Positions 1 to 9,500 of a DNA stretch of 32,000 nucleotides are shown piece after piece; within the stretch, counting starts at the first letter, position 1, and each line of letters begins with the position of its first letter. Both the position numbers and the translations under genes were made by a program. The stretch comes from Ignicoccus hospitalis KIN4/I. GTDB taxonomy: Archaea; Thermoproteota; Thermoprotei_A; Sulfolobales; Ignicoccaceae. The stretch is from assembly GCF_000017945.1 (NCBI RefSeq), contig NC_009776.1, positions 240,001 through 272,000 of the forward strand. The letters run 5' to 3'. The notes below the pieces were generated by a model, which ran no database searches, was not told the origin of the DNA, and saw nothing but the letters and a program-made list of their open reading frames with translations.

Positions 1-719
1 GCCTCGTCGCCCCCTAAGTCCACAAGCAAGGGTCCCCGCCTCAACAACGGGTTGTCCGAAGACTCCCACAACACCTCGTCAACTGTGGTGGCCTCCAAGG
101 AGCCCGGGTAGGCGGCGGGCGCCCCGTGGACCTCCAAGACTGTGGGCTTGTGGACGTGGCCGAGCGCGTAGTACTTGTAGCCCTTGGGCAACAGGCCCTC
201 GTCCACACAGCTGAAGGGGAGCGCCCTGCACAGGCCTACGTGAAGGAGCAAGACGGAGTTCTTCTTAGGTTTGACCGCCCTCAAGCGCTCCAGGGGCCCC
301 CTCTTGGAGGGGGTGACGGCGTCGTCCCCGTAGAAGGTAAAGCCCTTGAGCTCGTACCCCTTGGCCCCCAGCTCCCCCCTGAGCAGCTTGGCCCCGGTCA
401 GCTCGCTCAAGTAAGCTATAGCTGGATATCCCCTCACCTTCGGTATGTCGTGGTCCCCGGCAACCATTATCACTTCTATGCCATTTTCCCTCAGCCTCCT
501 TACCCCTTCGACCGCGACCTTGAACGGCTTCATTGTGCTGTCCGGCACGGGGGTGTCGAACAAGTCTCCAGCTATTACGAGGGCGTCGGCCTTCTCCCTT
601 ATCGTGGCTTCCACCAAGTCTTCGAAGGCCTTGTAGAAGTCCTCCTCCCTCTCCTTCAAGCCGTACTGCCTCTTGCCCAAGTGGACGTCGGCGGCGTGGA
701 CGATCAGCAACGCGACCAC
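1..719 (-). CDS. mre11: Mre11-like DNA repair exonuclease / metallophosphoesterase (C-terminus runs off the window)
   Basis: Manual minus-strand translation VVALLIVHAADVHLGKRQYGLKEREEDFYKAFEDLVEATIREKADALVIAGDLFDTPVPD...VAGDHDIP...LGHVHKP shows the calcineurin-like phosphoesterase motifs (DxH, GDxxD, GDHD, GHVH). Start is GTG 719 or TTG 710. This frame is absent from the supplied track. Confidence 0.85.
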   Translation of the reverse strand, partial: MVALLIVHAADVHLGKRQYGLKEREEDFYKAFEDLVEATIREKADALVIAGDLFDTPVPDSTMKPFKVAVEGVRRLRENGIEVIMVAGDHDIPKVRGYPAIAYLSELTGAKLLRGELGAKGYELKGFTFYGDDAVTPSKRGPLERLRAVKPKKNSVLLLHVGLCRALPFSCVDEGLLPKGYKYYALGHVHKPTVLEVHGAPAAYPGSLEATTVDEVLWESSDNPLLRRGPLLVDLGGDE

Positions 720-762
720 CCTTGAGGGCTCGCCCGGGGATAACTACCTCACTCGCCTCGGC

Positions 763-1122
763 TTACCTCGATCCGCTCACGGCCCTCCGGTAGCAGCCCC
801 ACAGCCCTAAAAGCGCCAGCGCGAGGGAGAGGGCCAAGAGGGGCACGTGCTGGAGGGCGAGCTTGGGCAGAGTGCCGTAAGGGGTGATCACGCTCCTAGA
901 GACCCTCCCGGTCAAGTAGCTGCCGAACGAGGCGGTTAGGCACCAGACGTCCTTGTCCTTGAGGAGGCCCCAAAGGAGGGCCAACGAAATGCCCGCGTAG
1001 ACCAAGTTCTCGACGAACAAGAAGAAGGGGAACGTCTTTATTACTCCAATGACGTGAGCTACGTCTATTCCTATGAAGCTTAAGAAGAGCAAGATCAAGA
1101 CGGCAGACGAAGGCCCCTTCAC
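763..1122 (-). CDS. Small multi-spanning membrane protein of unknown function
   Basis: 119-aa ORF with several hydrophobic segments; fits between its neighbours on the same strand. Confidence 0.55.
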   Translation of the reverse strand: MKGPSSAVLILLFLSFIGIDVAHVIGVIKTFPFFLFVENLVYAGISLALLWGLLKDKDVWCLTASFGSYLTGRVSRSVITPYGTLPKLALQHVPLLALSLALALLGLWGCYRRAVSGSR

Positions 1123-1124
1123 GG

Positions 1125-1772
1125 TCAGTCCCCGCGCCCCCCAAGGGCGCTCAAGGCTTTTGTCAGTTGACGGACGCTCACTTGGCCCGGGGCGGTGGCC
1201 TCCCCCACGCTCCCGTAGTTCAAGAAGCTGCCCAGCAGAGCCGACGCCAACCTCAAGGCCTCCGTCCCCTCGCCCATAGGCATGAAGGCCGTCCTGGGGT
1301 GCACGCTCTCGCTGAACAACAAGAAGTACGACGGAAAGTCCGTCACTACCGTAGCTACCTTAAAAGCCCACGCCCCCGCCTCCAGTGCCCTCTGGGAGAG
1401 CTTCCTTACCTCCCCCTCCCGGGGAGGCTTCCGGAAGTAGTGGACGGAGAGGATCGCCCTATCGCAAGGGAGTTCCTTAAACTTCTTAACCTCCACGTCG
1501 CAGACCGCTCCGGCCTCCGAGGCCATCTCGTAGGCCTCCCCCCTCCAAGGAGGGGACCAGACCCCTCCCTCCTCCGGGTCCCTGACCGTAACTATCACGT
1601 CTAAGCCGTAGTTCCTTGCCAACTCTATCATTTCCAAGAACGGGGGCGTCTCCTTGCGGGTCCAATAGTCCAACCTGAGCTCCACGAAGTCCGCTCCGGC
1701 GGCGGCCGACTTAATTATAAGCTTCTTAACTTGCCCTAAGTCGGTAAACGGTATGGACGCCACCGCGTACAC
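1125..1772 (-). CDS. aroD: Type I 3-dehydroquinate dehydratase
   Basis: ADFVELRLDYW, VIVTVRDPEEGG, SVHYF, KVATVV and FMPMGEG match type I DHQ dehydratase. True start may be GTG about 9 nt downstream. Confidence 0.85.
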   Translation of the reverse strand: MYAVASIPFTDLGQVKKLIIKSAAAGADFVELRLDYWTRKETPPFLEMIELARNYGLDVIVTVRDPEEGGVWSPPWRGEAYEMASEAGAVCDVEVKKFKELPCDRAILSVHYFRKPPREGEVRKLSQRALEAGAWAFKVATVVTDFPSYFLLFSESVHPRTAFMPMGEGTEALRLASALLGSFLNYGSVGEATAPGQVSVRQLTKALSALGGRGD

Positions 1773-2259
1773 GGGGGACCCCTGGGAGGCGGTTAGGGAC
1801 AGCGCTCGATATTATTCTGCGATAGCCAAGGGTTACGACGAGCTCTACGGAGAGGAGCAAGAGAAAAAGTATGCCGTTGGTTTAAAGATGCTTAAGCCGT
1901 CAAAGAGGGTTTTAGACGTGGGGTGCGGCACGGCCTTACTGCTGAAGCACGTGGAAGGCATATACGTAGGCTTGGACGTGAGCAAGGGAATGTTGGAGGA
2001 GGCCGTGAAGAAGAGGGGCGACCGTCCGGCGGACTTCGTCTTGGGGGACGCCCGGAGCTTGCCTTTCAGGAGCAAGTCCTTCGATACGTGCTACAGCTTC
2101 ACGATGCTCCAGAACGTGCCCGAGCCCGAGAGGGCCCTCGAGGAGATCGCTAGGACGTGTCGCAAGGCCGTTGTGAGCTCCTTGAATGGGAAGGGCTTAG
2201 GCTTTGGGAAGTGCGAGGAGGCGAGGCCGGACTTGGTGTGCTTAGTCGTCGATGAGTAG
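1753..2259 (+). CDS. Class I SAM-dependent methyltransferase
   Basis: VLDVGCGTALLLKHVEGIYVGLDVS...DFVLGDARSLPF...FDTCYSFTMLQNVPEPERAL: SAM motifs I to III. Start uncertain. Confidence 0.75.
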   Translation: MDATAYTGDPWEAVRDSARYYSAIAKGYDELYGEEQEKKYAVGLKMLKPSKRVLDVGCGTALLLKHVEGIYVGLDVSKGMLEEAVKKRGDRPADFVLGDARSLPFRSKSFDTCYSFTMLQNVPEPERALEEIARTCRKAVVSSLNGKGLGFGKCEEARPDLVCLVVDE

Positions 2260-2436
2260 CTCGTCCCCCTTCCTTATTATCTTGTCCCCGCTGGAGAGGG
2301 CCTCTTTAAGCATCTCCTCGAACTCCTTTTGGGTTATGTTGGGCTCCCTCGCCTTTACGTATTCGTATACGGACTTGACGTCAGCCTTCCCGTCGAGGGA
2401 GAGGAGGGCCTCTAACAATAAGTTCTTCTTCAACAA
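2242..2436 (-). CDS. Small hypothetical protein, possibly winged-helix-like
   Basis: 64-aa ORF MLKKNLLLEALLSLDGKADVKSVYEYVKAREPNITQKEFEEMLKEALSSGDKIIRKGDELLIDD, adjacent to the next minus-strand gene. Confidence 0.5.
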   Translation of the reverse strand: MLKKNLLLEALLSLDGKADVKSVYEYVKAREPNITQKEFEEMLKEALSSGDKIIRKGDELLIDD

Positions 2437-3548
2437 GCCCCCTTCCCGCAGACGTTAGTCTCCGGTTCTTTTATATTCCGGGCTCCCCGCGCGGCCAACA
2501 CGCTTTCTATTACGAGACGCCTCAAGTTGGTCCCCTTCTTCGCGGATATGGGAACGGTCCCCCATGTCCAAGGGTATAGGCTCCTCGCCCAGTCGTCCAC
2601 TTCCAAGACCTTCTCTTCGTAGTCGTCCACCAAGTCTATTTTGTTGAACGCTATTACCAAGGGCTTCCCAATGAAGCCTATCTCCGCCAAAGTAGCCAAG
2701 CTGCTCTCGAGCTTGTCCAACGCCCTGCTCAGCTCCTCGCTCCCGTCGAGGACCAAGACGGCGGCGTCGGAATAAGTTATCTCGGCGAGCGTCGCGTGGA
2801 AGACCTCCAGTATCTGCGGCGGTATGCCCTCTATGAAGCCGACCGTATCAATGAATATAGCCTCGTACAAGCCGTTCTCGTACACGCTCACCCTCACGTG
2901 CTTGGGGGCCAAGGTGGTGAACATCTCAGGCCCTTCCTTCAAGTTAAGCTTGCCCAGCGCGTTGACCAGAGCGGTCTTCCCCGCGCACGTGTAGCCGGTT
3001 ACCGCCACCTCCGGCACGCGCAAGCGCTTCACTCTGCGGAGCTTCTGTTGTTCCCTCATCGTCCTTATCTTTTCGAGCTCTTCCTCTATCTTCTTTATCC
3101 TCCTTTTTATTGCCTTTATGACGTACTTGGCCGCGTACTCGCCCGGGCCCAAGAAGTCCACTTGCTCGCCCATCTTCACTCTCCTTACGTACTCCCTCGC
3201 CAACGTCAGTTCGTACTTCAGCCTGGCCAGCTCCGTTTGGAGCTTGGCCTCCTTGCTCCCGGCGTGGAGTTCGAAAATCTTCAGTATCAAGCTGGTGCGG
3301 TCGACGACCTCCACGCCCAGCTCCTTCTTGAGCCTGTAGAACTGGGAGGGCTTGGGGTTCCCGTAAACTATTACTGCCTCTGCCCCGCCCTCCTTAATTG
3401 TAGCCTTCAGCTCCTCCAGCTTCCCCGGCGTTATGTAAGTGGCCGGGTGCGGCTTCTTACAGAAGTTAACGGTAGCGACCACCTCGTAGCCCGCGGTCTC
3501 GCAGAGGGCCAAGGCCTCTTGGAAGTCAGCCCTCTTCTTACAAGCCAC
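2430..3548 (-). CDS. hflX: HflX-family GTPase
   Basis: VDRTSLILKIFELHAGSKEAKLQTELARLKYEL, GYTCAGKTALVNALG (G1), DTVGFIEGIPPQILEVFHATLAEI (G3), FNKIDLVD (G4). Confidence 0.88.
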   Translation of the reverse strand: MACKKRADFQEALALCETAGYEVVATVNFCKKPHPATYITPGKLEELKATIKEGGAEAVIVYGNPKPSQFYRLKKELGVEVVDRTSLILKIFELHAGSKEAKLQTELARLKYELTLAREYVRRVKMGEQVDFLGPGEYAAKYVIKAIKRRIKKIEEELEKIRTMREQQKLRRVKRLRVPEVAVTGYTCAGKTALVNALGKLNLKEGPEMFTTLAPKHVRVSVYENGLYEAIFIDTVGFIEGIPPQILEVFHATLAEITYSDAAVLVLDGSEELSRALDKLESSLATLAEIGFIGKPLVIAFNKIDLVDDYEEKVLEVDDWARSLYPWTWGTVPISAKKGTNLRRLVIESVLAARGARNIKEPETNVCGKGAC

Positions 3549-3678
3549 GAGAGCCGCCTTCGAGCGAAACCACCCGCGGGCGCTCCCTTTAGCCTCTTTA
3601 AGTTATCGCCCCGGGCGGCCCGCGGACCTTGAAGGTACTTAAATAGCTCGGCCGGAGGGTCGCCGGGGTAGCTAAGGC

Positions 3679-4146
3679 TTGATCACGCCGAGGGAAGTGC
3701 CTCCGGAGAGGTTCAACCAGAGGTTGGCTATGTACTTGAAGGAGAGGTTCCCCGAGATCAGGCCCCCGGAGTGGGCCATGTACGCGAAGACCGGCTGCTT
3801 CAAGGACAGACCCCCCTTGGACGAGGACTGGTGGTACTACAGGGCGGCGAGCATACTGAGGAAGCTGTACCTCGCCGGGAGGCCTCTCGGTATAGAGACG
3901 TTCAGGACGATCTACGGCGGCCGCCAGAGGAGGGGGGTCGCCCCTCCGCACTTCAGGAAGGCAGGGGGCTCCCACATAAGGAAGATACTCCAACAGCTGG
4001 AGAAGGCCGGCTTGGTGAAGAAGGTAAAGGGCCAAGGGAGGGTCCTAACCCCCGCCGGGAGGAGCGTGCTCGACCACGTGGCCTACTTCACCTTCCAAGA
4101 AATAGCCGAAGAGATGGCCGAGCTCAAGAAGTACGCCGAGAGGTGA
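3679..4146 (+). CDS. rps19e: 30S ribosomal protein S19e
   Basis: FNQRLAMYLKERFPEIRPPEWAMYAKTGCFKDRPPLDEDWWYYRAASILRKLYLAGRPLGIETFRTIYGG...GGSHIRKILQQLEKAGLV is a diagnostic S19e sequence. TTG start. Confidence 0.93.
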   Translation: MITPREVPPERFNQRLAMYLKERFPEIRPPEWAMYAKTGCFKDRPPLDEDWWYYRAASILRKLYLAGRPLGIETFRTIYGGRQRRGVAPPHFRKAGGSHIRKILQQLEKAGLVKKVKGQGRVLTPAGRSVLDHVAYFTFQEIAEEMAELKKYAER

Positions 4147-4150
4147 GAGT

Positions 4151-4501
4151 ATGAGCTTCGACGACAGGGAGCTTGAGGAAATAAGGAAGAAGAAGTTAAT
4201 GGAGCTGCAAAAGCGTATGGAAGAGGAGAGGAAGGCGGAAGAACTGAGGAAGAAGCAGCAGCTGGTGAAGGAGACTATACTGAAGAGCATACTGACCAGC
4301 GAGGCCCGCGCGAGGCTGGCTAACGTCAAGCTCGTGAGGCCCGAGCTCGCGGAGCAAGTGGAGAACTACCTAATAGCCCTCGCCCAGGCCGGGAGGATCG
4401 CCAGGCCCCTCACGGACGCGGAGGTAAAGGAAATATTGGCCCGGCTGGCGGGCGAGACGCGCAGAGAAGGGAGGATAAACATAAAGGAGAGGGGGTGGTG
4501 A
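4151..4501 (+). CDS. PDCD5/TFAR19-family DNA-binding protein
   Basis: Basic coiled N-terminus then [37 protein letters not shown] plus ribosomal context. Confidence 0.88.
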   Translation: MSFDDRELEEIRKKKLMELQKRMEEERKAEELRKKQQLVKETILKSILTSEARARLANVKLVRPELAEQVENYLIALAQAGRIARPLTDAEVKEILARLAGETRREGRINIKERGW

Positions 4502-4503
4502 GG

Positions 4504-4662
4504 GTGGCCCATTACAAGCACGTGGCCAAGAAGATTAGGCTAGGCAAGAAGACTAAGCAGAACAGGGCCCTCCCCGCGTGGGTTATATTAAAGACCCGCA
4601 GGAGGGTTACCCGGAACCCCATGAGGAGGTATTGGAGGAGGCAAAAGATAAAGAACGTCTGA
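4504..4662 (+). CDS. rpl39e: 50S ribosomal protein L39e (below the length cutoff of the supplied track)
   Basis: Manual translation from GTG 4504: [52 protein letters not shown], 52 aa. Confidence 0.93.
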   Translation: MAHYKHVAKKIRLGKKTKQNRALPAWVILKTRRRVTRNPMRRYWRRQKIKNV

Positions 4663-4663
4663 G

Positions 4664-4978
4664 GTGATGGGCGTGCCCAAGGAAAAGGACGGCGTAATTT
4701 ATACAATAAACTTGAGGAGGCTCTACTGGGGAAGGAGGAGCAACAGGGCCAAGAGGGCCGTGAGGATGGTTAGGGAGTTCGTGGCCAGACACTTCGGAGT
4801 GGAGCCGGAGGACGTGAAGATAGACAACACCGTGAACAACTACTTGTGGAGCGGGAGCATCACCAAGCCCCCGGCCAGGGTGCAAGTGTACGTCACCGTC
4901 AAGACCGAGTCCGGCGAGGAAGGCGAGAGGAAGGTAGCCTACGTCACCCTCGCTAACGTAAAGGACGTGGAGGACTGA
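4664..4978 (+). CDS. rpl31e: 50S ribosomal protein L31e
   Basis: YTINLRRLYWGRRSNRAKRAVRMVREFVARHFG...VKIDNTVNNYLWSGSITKPPARVQVYV. Confidence 0.93.
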   Translation: MMGVPKEKDGVIYTINLRRLYWGRRSNRAKRAVRMVREFVARHFGVEPEDVKIDNTVNNYLWSGSITKPPARVQVYVTVKTESGEEGERKVAYVTLANVKDVED

Positions 4979-4984
4979 AGCGAC

Positions 4985-5656
4985 ATGAACTTCGACGTAG
5001 TCCCCATATCCATTTTTGGGAACCCGAATATTGGCGTGTACATGTTCGCCAACGACGACTTCGCCCTAATTCCGCCCGGGGTGAAGGAGGACGTCGTTAA
5101 GAAGGTAGAGAGCGCGCTCAAAGTGACTGTCGTCGAGGCGAAGGTAGCCGACAGCACCCTCCTAGGCCTCTTCGTTAACGGAAACAACCACGCCTTGGTG
5201 GTCCCTTCAATAATAAAGGAGTATGAATTAGAGAACTTAAAAAGAGAGTTGGACTTGCCCATAAAGGTCGTATACAGCAAACTCACCGCAATGGGTAACG
5301 TGATACTCTGCAACGACAAGTTCGCCCTCTTCCATCCCGAAATGAGCAACTGGGTTAAGGACGTAACCGAGGTCCTCGGGGTCCCGGGCGAGACCGGGAC
5401 CATAGCGGGGGTCCCCACCGTGGGCTCGGTGGCGGTGATAAACGACAAGGGAGGTTTGGTCCACCCGGACGCCAGCGACGAGGAGCTGAACGAGCTGGAG
5501 AAGAAGTTCCAAGTGGTGTTGGACATAGGAACGGTGAACTACGGCGTGCCCTACGTTAAGACGGGCCTCGTGGCCAACAACAAAGGGGCGGTCGTGGGCG
5601 ACCTTACCACGGGCGTAGAAATGGCGAGGGTAGCTAGGGCCCTCTCTGGCGAATAA
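4985..5656 (+). CDS. eif6: Translation initiation factor 6 (aIF6)
   Basis: FGNPNIGVYMFANDDFALIPPG...NNHALVVPSIIKEYEL...NKGGLVHPDASDEELNELEKKFQV...GTVNYGVPYVKTGLVANNKGAVVG. Confidence 0.93.
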   Translation: MNFDVVPISIFGNPNIGVYMFANDDFALIPPGVKEDVVKKVESALKVTVVEAKVADSTLLGLFVNGNNHALVVPSIIKEYELENLKRELDLPIKVVYSKLTAMGNVILCNDKFALFHPEMSNWVKDVTEVLGVPGETGTIAGVPTVGSVAVINDKGGLVHPDASDEELNELEKKFQVVLDIGTVNYGVPYVKTGLVANNKGAVVGDLTTGVEMARVARALSGE

Positions 5657-5697
5657 TTTACCTAAAGCCCGCCCCCGACTCGTGGGGAAATAACTCC

Positions 5698-6765
5698 TTG
5701 GAAGGGATAATACTGGCCGCTGGGAAGGGGAGCAGGCTGAGGCCCTTAACGCTCACCGTGCCCAAGCCGTTGATCCCCGTGGCCGGGAAGCCCTTGGTTC
5801 AGTACGGCATAGAGCAGCTGAGGGGGGTGGGCGTTGAGAGGGCCGTGGTGGTGGTCGGCTGGCTGGGCGAGCTCTTCAAGGAGGTCTTGGGGGACGGGAG
5901 CGCCCTGGGGATGAGGTTCGAGTACGTGCTCCAACCCAAGAGGCTCGGGGTGGCACACGCGATACACACGGCGATAGTTAACGCGAACGTGAGGTCCCCC
6001 TTCCTAGTCTACTTCGGGGACAACGTGTTTGACGACGAGTGGGTAAAGAAGTTCAACTCGGTTGACGAGGAGTTCGACGCGTTCGTGGTGCTCGCCAAGG
6101 TAGAGGACCCGAGGCGCTTCGGGGTGCCAGTAATCGAGTCCGGGAGGATAGTTAAGTTCGTGGAGAAGCCCGAGAGGCCCCCCTCCAACTACGCCCTGAC
6201 CGGCCTCTACGCCTTCAGAGATCCGGAGCAGTACGAGAGCTGCTTCTCGGAGCTCAAGCCCTCGTGGCGGGGCGAGTACGAGATAACCGACTTGTTGAAC
6301 TGTTACATAAGGAGGGGTTACGACGTCAAGTACGCCGTGGTGGAGGGCTGGTGGAAGGACACCGGGGTCCCGGAGGACCTTATCGAAGCTATGAAGTTTA
6401 TCTTGGAGAAGAAGTTGATCCACAAAGTGGAGGGGTCGGTGGAGGGCGAGGTGGTGGGGAAGGTTTACGTGGCGAGGGGGGCGACCGTGGAGGGGAGGCT
6501 CGTGGGCCCGGCCTACGTGGGCCCCGGCGCGGAGGTGAGGGGCTCCGCGGGCCCGTTCGTGGACGTGGAGGAGGGCTCGGTTGCAGAGGGCTCTTTCGTA
6601 GAATCCTTAATCCTCAAGGGATCTAAAGTTTTGATGAGGGGAGGCGCGACCTTGAAGAGGAGCGTGGTGGGGGACTACTCCAACATAGAGGTGGACGCCC
6701 CAGTGAGCTTAGAGGACGCGCTGTTCGCCTCTGAGAGCGCCCTTAAGGTGGGGCGCCTTGACTAG
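5698..6765 (+). CDS. NDP-sugar pyrophosphorylase (glucose-1-phosphate thymidylyltransferase-like) with C-terminal left-handed beta-helix-like repeats
   Basis: GIILAAGKGSRLRPLTLTVPKPLIPVAGKPLVQY nucleotidyltransferase signature, GDNVFDDE, and hexapeptide-like C-terminus. Confidence 0.85.
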   Translation: MEGIILAAGKGSRLRPLTLTVPKPLIPVAGKPLVQYGIEQLRGVGVERAVVVVGWLGELFKEVLGDGSALGMRFEYVLQPKRLGVAHAIHTAIVNANVRSPFLVYFGDNVFDDEWVKKFNSVDEEFDAFVVLAKVEDPRRFGVPVIESGRIVKFVEKPERPPSNYALTGLYAFRDPEQYESCFSELKPSWRGEYEITDLLNCYIRRGYDVKYAVVEGWWKDTGVPEDLIEAMKFILEKKLIHKVEGSVEGEVVGKVYVARGATVEGRLVGPAYVGPGAEVRGSAGPFVDVEEGSVAEGSFVESLILKGSKVLMRGGATLKRSVVGDYSNIEVDAPVSLEDALFASESALKVGRLD

Positions 6766-6996
6766 CTTCACCTTGCCCCCCTCCAGCCTCACCACCCCGT
6801 CCTCCGCGAGCTCCTTAACCGCTCCCTCTATGCAGCTCAAGAGCCCCTCCTCCGTGACCTCCGGCGCGTAGCAGTCTGCCACGTAAGCCTCCGCGGGCGC
6901 CAGGCCGGCGCTCATCAGCCTCAACAAGTCCACGCTCGCCTCCCCGCCCAACTTCTCCAACGTGTACACTACCCACTCCTTCGAGTAGAGCCTCAA
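6709..6996 (-). CDS. Hypothetical small protein
   Basis: LRLYSKEWVVYTLEKLGGEASVDLLRLMSAGLAPAEAYVADCYAPEVTEEGLL...; the open frame extends to 7377 but overlaps rps26e, so the real start is probably near TTG 6996. Confidence 0.45.
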   Translation of the reverse strand: MRLYSKEWVVYTLEKLGGEASVDLLRLMSAGLAPAEAYVADCYAPEVTEEGLLSCIEGAVKELAEDGVVRLEGGKVKLVKAPHLKGALRGEQRVL

Positions 6997-7119
6997 GCCC
7001 TCTCCCCTAAGGCGACGTAGGGCTCCCGCTCCTTTTGTCCCGGAAGGGAGGGACGAAAGTACTCCCTCGGAGGAACCTTTAAATTCCCGCGTTTGGAGCC
7101 TTCCGCGAGGGAGGGGCGC

Positions 7120-7404
7120 TTGCCTAAGAAGAGGGAGAACCGTGGAAGGCATAAGGGCGACAAGGGCAAGACCGGCACGATACAGTGTGACAACTGCGGC
7201 AGGATAGTGCCGGCCGACAAGGCGATATGCGTTACCAGGTGGCACAGCCCAGTTGACCCCCAGCTCGCCAGGGAGCTCGAGAAGAAGGGCGCTATAATAC
7301 CGAGGTACAAGATAACTAAGTGCTACTGCATCAGCTGCGCAGTGCACTTGGGTATAGTTAAGGTGAGGCCCGAGCACGAGCGCAAGAGGAGGGGCCTCTA
7401 CTAG
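7120..7404 (+). CDS. rps26e: 30S ribosomal protein S26e
   Basis: LPKKRENRGRHKGDKGKTGTIQCDNCGRIVPADKAICVTRWHSPVDPQLARELEKKGAIIPRYKITKCYCISCAVHLGIVKVRP; paired CxxC motifs. Start set at TTG 7120. Confidence 0.92.
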   Translation: MPKKRENRGRHKGDKGKTGTIQCDNCGRIVPADKAICVTRWHSPVDPQLARELEKKGAIIPRYKITKCYCISCAVHLGIVKVRPEHERKRRGLY

Positions 7405-7406
7405 CT

Positions 7407-7976
7407 TTGAGGACCTTCGTCACCCGCTCTCTTACCGCGACCACTTCCCCCGCCTTCCCCAAGAGGGGGATAGCCTCCCACACCGGGAGGCTGGACGTGA
7501 TAGCGAGGATGCTGAGGGCGGCCTTGTGGACGGAGAGGGGCGTAAGGAAGGACTCCTCTTTCTTTGTCACCTTGGAGGGCCCCCCTAACCCTCCGCTCAC
7601 CTTGAGGTTCAAGGGACCCGAGCTCGAGGCGGACTTGAGCGACGAGAGGGCGGCCGTGGAGGCGATAAGGAAGTGTATGTTAGGCGAGCTCAAGGGCTGT
7701 AAGAGGACGAAGGAGAGTTTCGAGGAGGTGCTCAAGAGCTTGGGGATGAAGGTTTACGTCCTCTCCGAGGACGGGGAGGACGTGTGGTCCTTCGAGTTCC
7801 CGAAGTCCGCGGCCTTCCTCTTGGGCTCCCAGCACGACCTGGAGCTCCCTCCTTGGCTGGAGGCGGAGAGGGTTTCCTTGGGCCCCAAGAGCTACTTGGC
7901 CTCCCACTGCATCTACTACTTGCACTACGTCTTGGACCTCAAGCTCGACCCCAGCCCCCGGCGCCCGGGGTCATGA
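7407..7976 (+). CDS. trmY: tRNA (pseudouridine(54)-N(1))-methyltransferase TrmY-like
   Basis: GRLDVIARMLRAALWTERGVRKDSSFFVTLEGPPNPPLTLRFKGPEL...AAFLLGSQHDL...SLGPKSYLASHCIYYLHYVLD: SPOUT/TrmY layout. Confidence 0.8.
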   Translation: MRTFVTRSLTATTSPAFPKRGIASHTGRLDVIARMLRAALWTERGVRKDSSFFVTLEGPPNPPLTLRFKGPELEADLSDERAAVEAIRKCMLGELKGCKRTKESFEEVLKSLGMKVYVLSEDGEDVWSFEFPKSAAFLLGSQHDLELPPWLEAERVSLGPKSYLASHCIYYLHYVLDLKLDPSPRRPGS

Positions 7977-9456
7977 GGGTCAGCCGGGACCCCTTCTTGA
8001 GTTCCCCGGAGAAGTAGCCTTCCACCGGCTCCCCGTCCACCAAGACCGCCCCCGGCTCCCCGTCCGAGCCCCCCTTCGCGCCGGGGGACTTCGTCAAGTA
8101 CCTAGACATGATCACGGTTACCTTTAGGTCGTCCAAGGCTATAAATTCCCTAACCACCCCGTCCCCTCCCTTGTGCGTCCCGGCCCCTCCGGAGCCCCTC
8201 CTCACGGAGTACCTAGTGAATAGCACCGGCGCCTCCCTCTCTATTATTTCTATCGGGGTGTTCATGGTGTTGGTCATGCCCCATTGGACGGCGTTCTGGC
8301 CGTCCGAGTCCTTGGTCGCGCTCCCGCCGCCGGCGTTGGTTTCATAATAGACCTTGTTCCCCCATGACAGTATCAAGTTGCTCATGGTGCCCGGGCCCCC
8401 GGAGGGGGCGTGGGAGAAGCCTTGCGCGGCGAGCACCACGGCCTCCAAGGCCCTCTGGGAGGTCTCCAAGTTCCCGGCCCCTACGGCGGCGGGGAACCGG
8501 GGGTTCAGCAAGCTCCCCTCCCTCGTCTTTACCTTTATTAAAGAATAAAGGCCGTGGTCCACCGGCCCCTCCGGGACGGTCATCGCCTTCACGAAGAAGG
8601 CCACCGCGGCGTAGGCTATTCCCTCCACCGCGTTCAAGTTGTAGGGCACTTGGTCCGAGGACCCCGAGAAGTCCGCCTCCACGACTTCCCCGACCTTGAG
8701 CCTCACCCTTATTTTCGCGAGGCCCTCCGGGAGCTCCAAGGGGACTTCGGCCTCCCCCTCCCCCGACACCTCGGCCAGCCTCTCCGAGTAGGCCCTCTTG
8801 GACGCCTCTAAGAAGTCTTCCTTGTACTCGTTAATGTCGCCGTAACGGTCCTCCAACTCCCTCAGCCTCTGGAGGCCGGTCCTCAAGGCCGCTATCTGTG
8901 CCTTCAAGTCGGCCAAGAACGTCTTAGGCCCCCTGACGCCCTTGGCCAAGTCCTCAGCTACCTTCAAAACCCTCCACCTCTTGGCCACTAGCGCGGGCTC
9001 TATTACTATCCCTTCCTCGAACAACGTCTTGGCGTTGGGGTTCAGGGAGCCGGGCACGGGGCCCCCTACGTCCACGTGGTGGGCCTTGTTAACTATCCAA
9101 ACGTTCTTATACTTTGTCATAACAGTTACGTCGTTCAAGTGGGTGCCGGTCAAGTAAGGGTCGTTAACTATCATGACGTCCCCCTCATCCTCGACCAACT
9201 CCGAGGCCCTCTCAACCAGCCTCGGGGCCGCCCACGAGAGGCTGCCCAAGTGTACTGGGATGTGTTCGGCTTGAGCTAGTACCCTCCCGTCCTCGTCCAG
9301 CAAGGCGCAAGACATGTCCAAGCGTTCTCTAATGTTCGGGGAAACGGACGAACGTTTCAACACGCTTCCCATCTCTTCGGCTATGTAGCTCAAGGCCCTC
9401 TGGACCACTCCCGCTCTGAGCTTCAAGCTTCGCGACCCCCACTTGATCCCCTCCAA
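7939..9456 (-). CDS. hyuB: Hydantoinase B / oxoprolinase B-family protein
   Basis: [60 protein letters not shown]...[19 protein letters not shown]...[20 protein letters not shown]. Confidence 0.88.
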   Translation of the reverse strand: MEGIKWGSRSLKLRAGVVQRALSYIAEEMGSVLKRSSVSPNIRERLDMSCALLDEDGRVLAQAEHIPVHLGSLSWAAPRLVERASELVEDEGDVMIVNDPYLTGTHLNDVTVMTKYKNVWIVNKAHHVDVGGPVPGSLNPNAKTLFEEGIVIEPALVAKRWRVLKVAEDLAKGVRGPKTFLADLKAQIAALRTGLQRLRELEDRYGDINEYKEDFLEASKRAYSERLAEVSGEGEAEVPLELPEGLAKIRVRLKVGEVVEADFSGSSDQVPYNLNAVEGIAYAAVAFFVKAMTVPEGPVDHGLYSLIKVKTREGSLLNPRFPAAVGAGNLETSQRALEAVVLAAQGFSHAPSGGPGTMSNLILSWGNKVYYETNAGGGSATKDSDGQNAVQWGMTNTMNTPIEIIEREAPVLFTRYSVRRGSGGAGTHKGGDGVVREFIALDDLKVTVIMSRYLTKSPGAKGGSDGEPGAVLVDGEPVEGYFSGELKKGSRLTLMTPGAGGWGRA

Positions 9457-9500
9457 CGTTTAAACTCTCGAAGGGGCTATACTTTACGCGGAGAAGAAGG

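Noticed and set aside
126-725. 199-aa plus-strand ORF in the supplied track
   Set aside because: It is antisense to the mre11-like gene, which carries clear phosphoesterase motifs. Spurious open frames are common in GC-rich sequence.
2796-3632. 278-aa plus-strand ORF
   Set aside because: Antisense to hflX. Its composition (Leu/His/Val-rich, no motifs) is that of a shadow frame.
5664-5686. Hairpin CCCC...GGGG after eif6 as a terminator
   Set aside because: Only a 4-bp stem with no T-run. Archaeal termination is not expected to need it, so support is too weak to list.
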